A stretch of DNA of 64,000 nt from contig CAVPRW010000045.1 of assembly GCA_963707985.1 (NCBI GenBank), positions 96,001-160,000 on the forward strand, written 5' to 3'. The stretch is from an uncultured Nitrospinota bacterium. Its GTDB lineage: Bacteria; Tectomicrobia; Entotheonellia; J063; CAVPRW01. The translations under genes were made by a program, and so were the position numbers. Positions within the stretch are counted from its first letter, which is position 1. Each line of letters starts with the position of its first letter. Shown here one piece after another: positions 12,010 to 23,840 of the stretch. The notes beneath the pieces are model-generated. The model made no database searches, was not told the origin of the DNA, and worked only from the letters and a program-made list of their open reading frames with translations.

Positions 12010-12664
12010 TCATTGGTTTTCATCTCTGGGTTTTATCACGTAGGTCCAATCATCGCCGTGGAAATCGGCTGGGTAGAAGTTGACTTGGGCCGGTTCTGCA
12101 TCCGTCACCTTGTTGCCGGTCTCGTATGGGGCAGGGTCCAACGCGGCCGCGACGTGCAGTCCGGCTTCCGTCGTCGTATTGGTCATGAGCTTGACGATCA
12201 CCTCATGGCGTACCAGTGGACGACCACGCCAGTTTTTGGTGATAGGGCAACCCAAGCGATGTTCGATCGTGTTCCATTGACTGGTCCCCGGTGGAACATG
12301 GCACCCATGGACTTCTAGGCCGGTGGCGTCGCTCAACTGTTGCCGGGCTACGTTCCACAGCTGCGAGCGCCTGCCATGACTGCCGCCGCCATCGGCAGTC
12401 ATGAGGACCTGCTGCGCCTGGGGATACATCCGTTGTCCCATCCGCTACCACCATTGTTGCAAGGTGGCCACGGCAATGTCCGCCGTATCATGATCAACAC
12501 CGACGCTGACCCATCCACAGTTTTGCGTCATGTCATAGACACCAGAGGGACTGGCTTTGCCCAAGTGCTTGTCTAGAAAGTCATGCACCCGTACTCCCTC
12601 AGAAAGGCCCTGGGGTTGATACTCGCGCCCCCGATTGGCAACGTCGCCGACCAGTTCTTTTTTC
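12010..12664 (-). pseudogene. ISAzo13-family transposase C-terminal remnant
   Basis: KKELVGD, TADGGGS, PPGTSQWNTIEHRL, NWRGRPL and FHGDDWTYVIKP. Cut at the IS66 left end. Confidence 0.85.
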
Positions 12665-15489
12665 GTAACCGTTCACGTGGGTGACCCAACAATGGTGGCG
12701 TGCTGACATCGATCTTCTAGACCCTCCTGTGGCCATGGACACCAGGCCCCCGTGGCCCCAAGGGATCTGGGAGCGGACGCCTGTCGAGGCCCAGGAGGAG
12801 ATCCGCGCGCTCGAAGCGGGCGTGGCCGGGCTGGAGGCGAGCGGGCCGCCCGTGCAGGCCACGATCGAGCCGTTGACGGAGCGCCGGGAGCACACCGCGC
12901 GCCCCTCGTCGCGGCCGCCCGCGAGCGATCCGCCCCACGCCTGGGGCAACCGGCCGCCGGGCCCTGCAGGGCAGGCCCGGGTCGTGGTGCCGGTGGCGGA
13001 GGTGGACGTCGTTGGCCCCATCAAGCCGGCGCGCTGTCACCGCTGTCAGCACCGGTGGGGGGGGGGAAGCCCCATAGGCGCGAACTTAAGGTTATTCCCT
13101 ACGCGTGCCGCCTTCATGCCGCCGCCTGCTCGATGGCGGGCAACACGAGCGCACGGCCTGTGAGCCAGGCCCGTATGGTTGTTTCCTGCGGCTCTCGGCG
13201 GCGTGGGCTGAGCCCCACCAAGCGACGCAAGCGTGGCACGCCTGTCTGCACCCGTGCCTGCGACCACGTCCCCTAGACATGCTGCCGCAGGGTATCGAGG
13301 CCGAGGCCGGTCAGCACCCAACGACTGACCGGCCGAGGCGTCCTGGGCGTGTCGGTGGGCAAGTGAGCCCGGCTCATGGCCATCGCCTCTTCTGGCAAGG
13401 CCCAGGCCATGAGCCACGCCCGGACCGTGGCTTCCACACTGGTGGGGGGGGTACTCCGGATGTGATGGAGCTGGAGCAACGGTTTCATTCGTTGACACAC
13501 GAGTTCCACGGGCCAGCGTGCCCGATACAGGCGCAGGACGTCGCCCAGCGACCACGCAGTGGCGGCCAGCGTGGGGACGAGTCGCACCCACGCCGCCAGG
13601 CGTCACGCCGTCGCGCTCGGCGTCCGCCCCTGCGTTTGGGCCTGGTGCCGCACCCGTCGCCGGGCGATGGCCGCGGCCGCGGGCGGGAGCTCAGCGGCCA
13701 ACAGCCGGACGGCATCGCGCTGGTGCTGCCAGGCGCACCACCCATGCCATGCCCGCGTGGCCGGGCCTGGCGGCTGCAGCCATGGCACGACCTCGAAGGC
13801 CTCCCCCGCCACCGTGTCCAGCGGGAAGGTGGCGGGTGTGCCCCGCAGCACACTGTGCGCCTGCGGGTGGGTCGCGCTGGCGACGCTCGCACGGTCGCCA
13901 GCGCCGTGGTCGGCGACCGCGAGGTCACCGGGCTGCAGGGCAACGGGCGCCAGACGTTCGCCCCCGTACCGATCCGTCACACGGACCTGGGCGAGCCGGC
14001 CCGCGGTGCAGTCATACGCCACAGGCAGCCGCCAGTCGTCCCCCGTGCCGCCCGGCTGCCGGAGCGTGCTCGCCTCCACGCGCAGCACACGGCCCCGAGG
14101 GCAGGAGGACTGCGGGGCGACCGCCCGTGGGGTGGCCCCCAAGGCGCTCAGGCGCCAGAGCCACCAGGGATGACAGGCCCGCAACCGTTTGCGCCAGGCG
14201 GTCTCTGCGAGATCCGCGAGCCCGATCAGCACGGCCCAAGCGCCGAGACGCCGGGTCGACAGGGCGCCTAGGACATCGGCCAGCACCGCCCGCAAGAGGT
14301 CGACCGGGGTGGCGAGGCCGCGCACCCGTTGGAAGGCTTGATGCGTGCGGGCCTGGGCGGCGAGAATCCGCAGGCAACCGTGGCACCACCTCATGGGCCC
14401 ACGTCTCCTCCACGAGCGCCAGTGGTGCCTCACCGGGACGATCGGTCTGATGGGTCAAGACCCGCAGAGACACCTCCGGAAGATGGTCATGGTCTGGCCA
14501 CCATCATCTGAGCGGAAGGCCTGTGCTGGCCCTAGTCTCCATTGTTGAGGCGCTTCAGTTCGCGCCTATGGGGGAAGCCCCCCAGCCCCCGCGGCATCAA
14601 GTGCCCGAGATCCCGCCCGGGCATCCCGTCGTGACCGCGTCGCAGGTGCACCGCTTGGTCGGTCCGGCCTGTGTCGAAACGGCCCCCCCCGCCCCTCCGG
14701 CCGCCGCTGTGGACGAGACCGGGTGGCGCGAAGGCCGGCAGCGGGCGTGGCGGTGGACGGCGGTCACGGCGGGCGTCACCGTGTGGGGGATCCGCGTGTC
14801 GCGTGGTGGTCACGTCGCGCGAGCACGCTTGGGGGAGCGCGGCTGGGGGTGGTGGGTGACGGATCGCTGGCGCGCCGACACCGGGGATCCGACGTGGCGA
14901 CGGCCGGTGTGCTGGGCGCCTCTGCGGCGCGACAGCGACGCCATGAGCGCACGTGGGGGGCGCTCCCGTGCGCTGGGGGCAGCCGTGCAGGCGCCAGCCC
15001 GGCCGATGGGCCCCTGGTGGCCTCGCGTCCGCGACGGCCCGTGGGCCCATCGGCCCGTGGCCAGCGCTCGGTGGCCTGTGCGGCAGGCCGTGGAGCGGCG
15101 GCTGGACGCAGGCCCGACGGGTGGGGTGCCCAACACGGCGGGCAGGTGCCGGGAGCGGTGCACGCGGCGGTGGGCCCTGGGGACCTTCGTTCGGAACGCC
15201 GGGGGGGCGCCCACGCACCACGCCGCCGAGCGCGCGATTCGGCCTGGGGGCCTCTGGCGCCAGGGGCGCTGGGGCACCCAGCGCGCGGCAGGGTGTCGCG
15301 TGGTCGACACGAGGCTGACGGGGGTCGCCACGCTGAAGCCGCCGCATCGCCAGGTCCTCGACGCTGACACCGCCGCCTGTGAGGCCGCGCTCTGGGGGGA
15401 GCCGGCGCCGTCCGTCCTGCCCCTCCCTGCCAACAGCGAATAGGGCATGCGTCCTGCCGCAGAGCTCCGTACCCCAGGTGAACGCTTAC
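12665..15489 (+). mobile_element. IS66-family element (decayed), interrupted by IS4
   Basis: Ends GTAACCGTTCAC and GTGAACGCTTAC. SSRPPASD, VDETGW, and degenerate CWAH and PTNNxAER motifs. No matching TSD. Confidence 0.85.
13073..14570 (-). mobile_element. IS4-family element, decayed
   Basis: Perfect 14-bp TIR CATAGGCGCGAACT. 10-bp TSD GGGGAAGCCC at 13063-13072 and 14571-14580. YRARWPVELVCQRMK is a YREK-like motif. Confidence 0.85.
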
Positions 15490-15794
15490 CTGAAACATTG
15501 CCCGAAAATTTCAATACATTGCTGAAGCCCTGGAAAAATACCGGCTTCGAAGAAGGCAAGGGCGCAGAAACCGGCCGCGACTGAGGATGGCAAGAAGCGA
15601 CCTCCCGGTTGCGTATCCACGCACAGATCTCGCGTTGCTGATCCAGACGGCTCAGCAACGTTTTTGGATCACCGGGAGGCCGAAGCTCTATACCAGACAT
15701 GGCGGCTTTTGCAAGGGCTCGTAGACCCCGCACCTTGTGGCCTGTACCGTATGCCCCTCCCTACCCATGTGAGCGGCTACAGCGGGGAGGCGCC

Positions 15795-17054
15795 ATGCAG
15801 ACTCGCACCTTACAGACGTGGATCGCACGTCGTATCTCAGTCCGACCACGTCTCGAATGGGTCTGCGTCAGCTCTCGACTCGTTCTGACGGTCGTCACCC
15901 GGAAACACGCCCTCGAAGAAGCCGCTCGCGTTTCGGGAGGGAACAAATCACCATGCTGTAAGTTGCGAAAGTACCACCCCAACGTTGCCATCTCTACGTG
16001 ACAAAAGCTTTCCAAGCGTCAAGCCAAGCAATTTTCGAACACGCGACAAGGCTTCAAAGGTCTGCCCTGGAAGATTGCACTCCTGATGGATAGCACGATC
16101 CAACATCGTGCCAGTTTGCATCCGGAAAACGCCAAACGACTCAATCATGGCAAGGGGTTCGTCATCGGTCATCAGGGGACGAAGATGGTGCTGAGCATCC
16201 ATGACATCCTCATTCCCCTTCCGCCTCTCCCCTCCTAGAGCACACGGTCTTGCCTAGAGCATCATCGTGATGATCGAACCGAGCAGGAGCTCGTCGTCGA
16301 TGACCTCAGCACGTTAAACTTGGAAGATGAGATCGGTTCTTATGAGCCGTATGACGTGATCGTGTTAGCCGAGAGCGACTATGATGATAACAAGATCGAA
16401 AAGGCGATTGCCAATAAACGTTGGCACTTCATTCTCGCATTCAGTAAAACACGAAGTGTCACATCTGCAACGCTCTCCCTGACGACGCCACCGTCACAAC
16501 GGTGGTGTCAGATTGCCCTGTTCTGTCGCCATCATCGCAGGCTTAAGTGGTACACCAGTCGTCGCATGACGACTGGCGCCAAACGCAAGCGCCTGGCATG
16601 TCGCAGACGACACACCCTCGGCTACCTGCGCTACGTCGGGAAAGTGCACTTGGTGTGCTCGGAAGCCAAAACACGACCGGATGGTCGCCGGCAGTACTGC
16701 GCCTGTCATGGTGTCACCGCGACGGCACGCCAAAGCGTGTGGGGGGATCGTCTGCGCTGGGCCGTGGAGCTGTTTCATAAAGACGTCACGAGGCACCTGG
16801 GTTGTGAGGATGTCGCCACGCGCGAGTTTGACTCTGGGCGCTCCCACGTCCACTGGGTGTATGGCGCTGATCGCTTCCTCCACATGTCACCGCCTGGAGT
16901 GCCTCGAGACGTGAAGACCATCGGCGAAAAACAGCGTCAAATCCAGGGCAATCTTGAGCACAAAGCAAAACGCCGCATCCTTCAGAAGTTGACCCAGATG
17001 GGCGGGGTCGACCGCTATCCCGATGAGCTGCGGCAGGCTCTAGCAGGCACCTGA
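15795..17054 (+). pseudogene. IS701-like transposase, decayed
   Basis: VLAESDYD and RLRWAVELFHKDV. Multiple stops in the 5' half. Confidence 0.65.
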
Positions 17055-17432
17055 TGCCTTGTCGGCCTGAGTTTATGCGGCGCGTCAAGGCTCGACCACA
17101 TTTTTCGAGCAGCATTTAAGTTTTTAGGCATGCGCAGGGGGTATGCGGCCGGCCCGCACATGTATGCGAAGGACCTTCGGCAGTGGCAGGTCTGGTAAAC
17201 GCTGGCCCGTTCTGCTTTGGAAACCTTCGGCATCATCCCCGATGCGCTGCCGGCCGGCAGCAGCTGCGTCAGGGCCTTCCCCACGCGGGGCTGCAAGTGC
17301 GCCGAACTAGCACAGGCACCGGAGCGGCGATCGCGAGTGTCGTCTGTGTCCCTCAATCACATCATCGCCGTCTGGTGATGTGGGGCGATACGCCGCACAA
17401 GCTCCAGTGCGCGACACGGAAGGAAGAGGTCC

Positions 17433-18008
17433 ATGAGACACACGCGCATCATCGTCACGCACTACGGCGGCCCCGAGGAACTTCGGGTGGTTGAAGAAGA
17501 GTGCCCCACGCCGAAGCACGGTGCGGTGCGGGTGAGAGTGCTGACCGCGGGTGTTTCCTTGCCCGACCTGATGATGCGCGAGGGCATTCATCCCGAAACG
17601 CCCCCGCTGCCATTCACGCCGGGGTGGGACCTGATTGGCGTCGTGGATCGGCTCGGCGACGGTATCGCTGGAATCGAACCGGGTCAGACAGTGGCCGCGC
17701 TGCCGATCACCGGCGCGTATGCGGAGGTCGTCTGCCGGCCGCCACGTGAGCTGGTTCCGGTGCCCTCTGGGTTGGACGCCGCCGAGGCGGTCAGCCTCGT
17801 GCTGAACTACGTCACGGCGTCCCAGATGCTGCATCGATCCACGAAGGTCAGCGCGGGCCAGCGCGTGTTGATTCACGGCGCGGCAGGCGGAGTCGGCTCG
17901 GCACTCTTGCAGCTCGGACGTCTTGCCGGGCTGGAGATGTACGGTACGTGCTCATCGCGAGGGGCGTCCGCCGTTTCCGACCTGGGCGGTATCCCGATTG
18001 ATTCCTGA
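17433..18008 (+). pseudogene. MDR-family quinone oxidoreductase, 3'-truncated
   Basis: YGGPEELRVVE, PFTPGWD, VLNYVT and VLIHGAAGGVG. Ends at about 190 aa where a transposase remnant abuts. Confidence 0.85.
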
Positions 18009-18024
18009 AATTCCAAGATAAGGA

Positions 18025-19651
18025 TCAATCATGGGATGTGAGCTTGTATTGGGCCAGGATCTCCTGATGTGTCCCAATACCTGGGGGCACCTCCTTGAGC
18101 TTGACCCCCAGCAGGAGGACGAGTTCGGCCAGAGGAACGATGCCGTAGTCGCCTTGGGCACACACGATGACCTGGTCCCGGTGCTGTTGGCAGAGCTGGC
18201 GCCGCCAGCACTGCCAGCCCACCGGCTCCGTCCCGGCTTCAACGGCTTCAGACCGCAGCCGAGAGGCCGTCGCCAGCCCGAACAGGAGCAGGGTCAACCC
18301 GACGTGAACCCGCAGGGCCCGCGCCGTGTTCTGGGGCGGATGGCGCAGGCTCCATGGCTGTGGGCTTGCCTTGATACAGCCGTGCTCCATGCGACGCCGC
18401 TCATCGTCGTCATCAAAGGGTTGCAACGGCTGCGGCACGGAGGCATGCGTCAGGAACACGGTTGTGCCCCCCGGCCCAAAGGCCTGCCCCTGCCCCTGCC
18501 GCACGACCACGGCGTTGATCGGGTTGGCCTGGCAGTCACGGCGATGGCGGGGGCCTCCAGGCGCGGGCGTGCCATCCTGATCGTCGCTCGTCAGGCCGGC
18601 CATGCCGACGACCTCCGTCTCCAGCCGTTCCTGCCAGGCAGCCTGGCCCTGTCGATGGTGGACGGTGTGCACCCGGCATCCGACGGGGAATCCGTCGCTG
18701 GCGGCGGCCAGGCCCCGGGCGTCCGCGGTGACGGCCATGTCCTCTTGGGCCGGTACCACGCCGATGAGGCCGTGTGGGTCCAGCCACCACAGCTCGGTCC
18801 CCGCCCACAAGCCGCGATCACAGACCACCTGGTGCAGGTGGGCCTAGCCCGCCAGATTCGCCCGGGCCTGGGTGAGCAGGGCCCGCCGCGAGAGCCCTTC
18901 AGGCGCCTGGATCTGCACCACCGTCACCGCCAGGGGAAGCTTGGTGCGGGCATCGATCAAGACGATCGCGTTCCAGCCGTCGACCGTCACCTCGATCGTG
19001 CGCACCTGGCCAGGCGTGTCGGTGAGCTTCCGTGGCCGGGTGACCTGGCCACAGCCCTCGGACGGCGCCGTCGTCTCCAGAGCGGGGCCATCCACACTCC
19101 CCGTCACCTTCGCCCGCAACAGCCCCGCCTTGGCCAGGGCCCGGATCACCCCGTGGAACAAGACCTCCAACGCCCGCCAATCCAGCTTGACGAGGTTATG
19201 CGCCAGGGCCTGCGGGCCGATCGGGCCGGCCGTGCGCGGCCCCTGCCGCTTGGCCGCGCCCCGTGGGCCCACCCCGTGCCGCACCTGGTGGGCCTTGAAG
19301 CCCACCCAGCGCCTGCTCGCCGCATCGCTGACCAGCCACTCCGCCAGGGCATGCAGGCGCTCCAGGCCCACCAGCGTCTTCAGTCCGTCCCGCAGGACAT
19401 ATTGGCCCCATGGGCACCATCTCACGCGTGATGCCCTGGCCCCGGACGTCCTCCAGCCAGTCGGCGATCCCCCACTCCCGGAGGACGTGAAAGCACTCCT
19501 CCAGCAAGGCTCCCGCGTCCAAGGGGTACACCCCGTCTACCAGTGGCTTGCGGTACAGGCGCCGCGCCACGCGCACCTCATCTCGGCGCGCCACTGGCCA
19601 ACACCACCGTTCCACCAGGTTCGTCGTGATCGCTTCCCGTGTCTGCTCCAT
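18025..19651 (-). pseudogene. DDE transposase, decayed
   Basis: GGAGG RBS plus MEQTREAITTNL. SVDGPALET, VCDRGLWAG and MEHGCIKA. Multiple frameshifts. Confidence 0.7.
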
Positions 19652-19709
19652 GGTCCACCTCCCTCTCTTGAAGGCTTCTGCTCTCGAGGAACGTGGAGCA
19701 CAGATCAAG

Positions 19710-20920
19710 CGTGCCCATGGATAGTCAGGAAACGTCCGGTCCATCCATTGGTCACACACATCATGGAGACACAGGTTGGCCCACAAGGGCGAGACGCCGC
19801 CGCCCTGCGGGGTGCCCTGCTCGGGGTACGTGAGGGTGTCCCCGTCCAGCTCGCCCGCCTGCCGCCATGTCCCGATGAGACGCCGTAGGCGCCCGTCCTT
19901 GACCCGTTTCCGCATGACGTCGCGTCACAGGCCATGGTCCAGATTGTCGAAGCCTCCACGCACCTCGGCCTCCACGCTCCAGTCGCTGGTCACGTCCAGG
20001 CCCTGCTCCCGCAACGCCTGCCGCGCCTGGTGCGGGCTGTGGCCTTCCCGCCAGCCGGGGGCGCCGTCCTGAACGTCCTGCGCAGAGCCCGCGCCCCCCA
20101 GCCTCGTCACCGCCCGCTGGACGATGTTGTCCTCGCCCACCGGCATCCCGAGCGGTCGTTGGCTGCCCTCCGCCTTGTCGAGCCACGTCCGCTTCACCGG
20201 CGGCGCCGTCTAGCGCCCCCTCCGCCGGCGCGCGTACCGGTCGGTGAGGTGCGCCTCCAGGGGTTCCGCCTATGCCGCCGCGGGCACCCCATCGACTCCC
20301 GGCGTCGCCTCTTGGCAGGTCCGGTACTCGGCTTCCCGCAGCCAGTCGAGGTCCCTCAGGTGGGCCAGCGTCGTGCACACCAGCGTGGGAGACTGGCTCG
20401 CCTGCTGTGCGCTCCGCTGGAGTGTCGTGGAGTTGGTGGGTGGCCTCAACGTGCCTCCCCTCCTGCCTCCCAGGAGACCGTGCTGCCCGGCGTCGCCTGC
20501 CCTCCCGGGGGTCCCGTGGGCCGCAGTTCCCCACCGTCCCGGCCCGCTGGGGTAGCCCACAGCCCCTCGGGACGACGCGCCGCGACGACTGCCACGACGC
20601 CGTCTCGGCGTCCTGCGGTGGTCCCTCGTGCGCCGAGACCCCCGGGTGATCCGCTGCGGCACTCCAGCCAGGTCCCCGGACCACGCCACCCGGCTGGGCT
20701 CGGCGGGGTTCTCCCCCGGCTCCCCGATCCGGCCATGCCCCAGGAGCGTCGTGGCGCTCCCACGTGCAGTGACCCCTCTGCTGCCATGCCCCGCTCTCAG
20801 ACCCCGGTGGTGTCCTGGGCACTCGCCCTGGCGCACCCGGGACTGCTGCCTTCCGGCGCATGCAAGCCGTCGGTGTTCCCCTCCATCCCGCGGAGGGTGA
20901 TCCGGTGGTCCACCACTCGA
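19710..20920 (-). mobile_element. Group II intron remnant (RT/maturase to just before YADD, plus 5' RNA part)
   Basis: ATPGVDG, QRPLGMP..EDNIVQRAV, GGFDNLDH and GTPQGGGVSPLWANLCLH. Truncated at PWAR, with stops. Confidence 0.8.
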
Positions 20921-22171
20921 TAGACCTTAAGAAAAAGATTTTCTGCGGAACAGAGAAATGAATGATTCCAGTTGAGGACGGCGTGACGTGAGACCCCCCC
21001 TCAGGGTATTTCCCTCTGCCAACAGGCCACGCGCGTTTCCGAAGCAGAGAATCCCTCTGTGCGCCTTTCGTGTGACGGGCTCCCGACACGCTCGGCAAGC
21101 CCTCGAACGTCCACGGCACACCGCCCAGCCGGTGGGCAAGTGGCCCGACGGCACAGGCCTGCTCGCCATCCTGGCCAGCACTGCGGGTCAGAGCGGTGCG
21201 CCCGTCGCGCTGACGCGGCGTATCACCCCCAAGACCGTGCACCCGTGGGTGCGCCTGTGGCTGGTGGCAGGCCGCAACGGCCTGAGGTGGAAACAGCCCC
21301 CTGGGCGCCCCCCGAAACTGACCACCACCCAGCCACACCCCCTGGCCGCACGGCGGGACGAGGGGCCAGGGCCGGCGGGTGTGGCCTCCGCGTGCTGGCG
21401 TGCACCGCTGCTGCAGCCGTTGATCCACGAGCCCTTGGGGGGCTACGACAACGTCGGCGACAGCGCCCCGTGGCTCACGCCTCTCGGCTGTTCGCGACCA
21501 GCACGCCCCCGGTGGCGCCGCTCAGCGGCACGACGACACGCGCCAGGAGTGGTGCCACACCACCTGGCCCCAGATGCTCACCATGGCGAAAGCGACAAGC
21601 GCCTGGCGGTTGTGTGGCGATGCGGCCTCGTGCCCGCAGTGGGGGACCCTCGCCTACACCTGGGCACGGCGCGGCCACCCACCGGTGGTCACGACGTCGG
21701 GCAAGCGCAAGGGCGATCAAGTCTTCGGCGTGATCGAGGACTGCACCGGGCGCTTCTTCGATCCAGGTCAGGAGGGACGGCTCACCGCTGCGTCCGACAG
21801 CGCCTGTCGCACGCGCGTGTTGGCGCAGACCACCCAACACATCATGCTGATGCAAGATGGAGCGTCCTAGCATACCTCAGCCGCGATGCAGGCGTGCTTT
21901 GCCCACCACACGGCACGGCTTCAGGTCTTCCAACGGCCCGGCGATGCGCCGGATGACAATCCGATCGAGAAGGTGTGGAAGAAAATCAAGAACGAAGGAA
22001 CACATCTGCAGTACTTCCCAACCTGTGAAGCGCTCAAGGAGAAGGTCGAGCAGACGCTATGGCCGTGTGAGTCGACACCAGCGGCGATTCTGGCGTTGTG
22101 CAGTCTGCCGACGGAATTGGCCAAGGTCGCTTCAATGTGCTTACTCAGAAAATCTTTTTCTTAAAACAATA
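20921..22171 (+). mobile_element. IS630-family element, decayed
   Basis: Inverted ends share TTAAGAAAAAGATTTTCTG and are flanked by TA. PPGRPPKLT, TWARRG, MQDGAS and PDDNPIEKVW. Confidence 0.85.
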
Positions 22172-22217
22172 CCTCGGCCAATTAGATGAGGTTGACGACC
22201 TGGTTAACCCGCCCTAA

Positions 22218-23723
22218 TACTACAGTGGTAACAAACGCTCGAAGCTGGTATCTTGGTTCCGGACTCACAGAGGGAGGATGGAACCATGCGACAGATCGAT
22301 GACGCGACTGAGAGATCACTTTCGGCCCCGACTGACGCGACGGCCCACACGATCGAAGGCGGTCGGGCGTACATGGCGGACATGGCGCGGCGGCTGGCTC
22401 CCTATTTCACCCGTTCGCAGTCACGCCACCGGGTCGTGGCGTATCTGCGCGGCTTACTCAGTGAAGCAGAGCGCAAGAACAGTTGGCAAGTGGCGGAAGT
22501 CTGCGGCGAGTCGACTCCCTATGGCTTCCAGTACCTGTTGAGCCGTGCCGACTGGGACGCCGACGACGTCCGCGACGAGCTGCGCACCTATATCAGGCAA
22601 CATCTGGGGGATGCCACCGGCGTGCTGGTCCTCGACGAGACCGGGTTTCTCAAAAAAGGCCGCCACTCGGCCGGGGTCGCCCGGCAATATCGCGGCACGG
22701 CTGGGAACGTAGAGCACTGCCAAATCGGTGTGTTGGTGGGCTATGCCAGCCCGCTAGGCCATGCCCTGCTGGATCGGGAACTCTATCTGCCCAAGGAGTG
22801 GATACACGATCGGGAGCGCTGCCGGCAGGCCGGCATTCCGGACGACCGGCGCTTTGCGACCAAGCCGGAGTTGGCCCGGCAGATGCTGGCCCGCGCCTTC
22901 GCGGCCGGCGTGCCGGCGACATGGGTCACCGGCGACAGCGTGTACGGGGATCATCGCGAGCTGCGGCGGTGGCTGGAAGCCCAACCGCGGGCCTATGTGC
23001 TGGCGGTCTCGGGCACGGCATATGTGTGGCGCGGCGCACAGCCCCACCAGGTGAAAACGCTCCTGGCCCGCCTCCCCGCGAAGGGGTGGACACGCCTCAG
23101 TGCCGGCGACGGGGCGAAAGACCCCCGCTGGTATGACTGGCGCTGGCTGCCCCTGGCCGATCCGCCGGCGCCCGGCTGGCGCCGCTGGCTGCTGGTCCGG
23201 CGGAGTCTCGGCGAGCCCACGGACCTGACCGCGTCTGTGGTCTTTGCCCCGCAGGCAACCGCGTTGGAGGAGGTCGTGCCGGTGGCTGGGAGTCGCTGGA
23301 CCGTGGAGAGCGGCTTCGAGGCGGCCAAGGGGGAAGTGGGCTTGGATCACTATGAAGTGCGGAACTGGACGGGCTGGTATCGCCATATCACTCTCGCCCT
23401 GTGGGCTTACGCGCTCTTGGTTGTGATGCGGGCGGGACCCATCGCCGTGGAAGCGTGACAAAAAAAACCTGCTGCCAGCCCAGGAGCGGAGCACCCTGGC
23501 AGGGTGCAAGGCTCGGCAGGGCCTCGCCTCCCGCTGAGCGTCCCCGAGTTGCGGCGGCTGCTGTGGCGGTTCGTCTTGGCCGTGCCGCAGACCGTCCGTC
23601 ACATCCTGGCCTGGTCACAGTGGCGTCGCTGGCACCAGGCCGTCGCCCAGTATGACCATTATCAGTGTCGTCAGGCGCTCGTTGAGGCCGTGGCAGCATA
23701 ATCATCTTGTTACCGCTGTAGTA
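22218..23723 (+). mobile_element. IS701-family insertion sequence
   Basis: TIR TACTACAG(T/C)GGTAACAA at both ends, flanked by CTAA and CTAG. Transposase 22286-23458 (LDETGFLKKG, WVTGDSVYG, RWTVESGFEAAKGEVGLD) with a shifted C-tail (LSVPELRRLL). Confidence 0.9.
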
Positions 23724-23840
23724 CTAGGGGGAAACCCGCAGAAACAGCTAGCCCCCCTCGTCCCGTCTCACCCGATCAGACGGCATGCAGCTGGGTTGCT
23801 TACGTCGCCAGGAATATGTCATCCGAAAGGTAGGTAAACG

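Noticed and set aside
19710..20920. RT as part of a DGR, retron or CRISPR-RT that might explain the A-mutations
   Set aside because: The motifs are group II intron type (GTPQG), the RT is truncated before YADD, no TR/VR pair or array was seen, and the mutations include T>G on the same strand.
12600..21950. Many long overlapping ORFs (e.g. 13105-14271, 18031-19431, 19761-21428)
   Set aside because: Shadow frames of very GC-rich decayed transposons. They are Arg/Pro/Gly-rich with no domain motifs.
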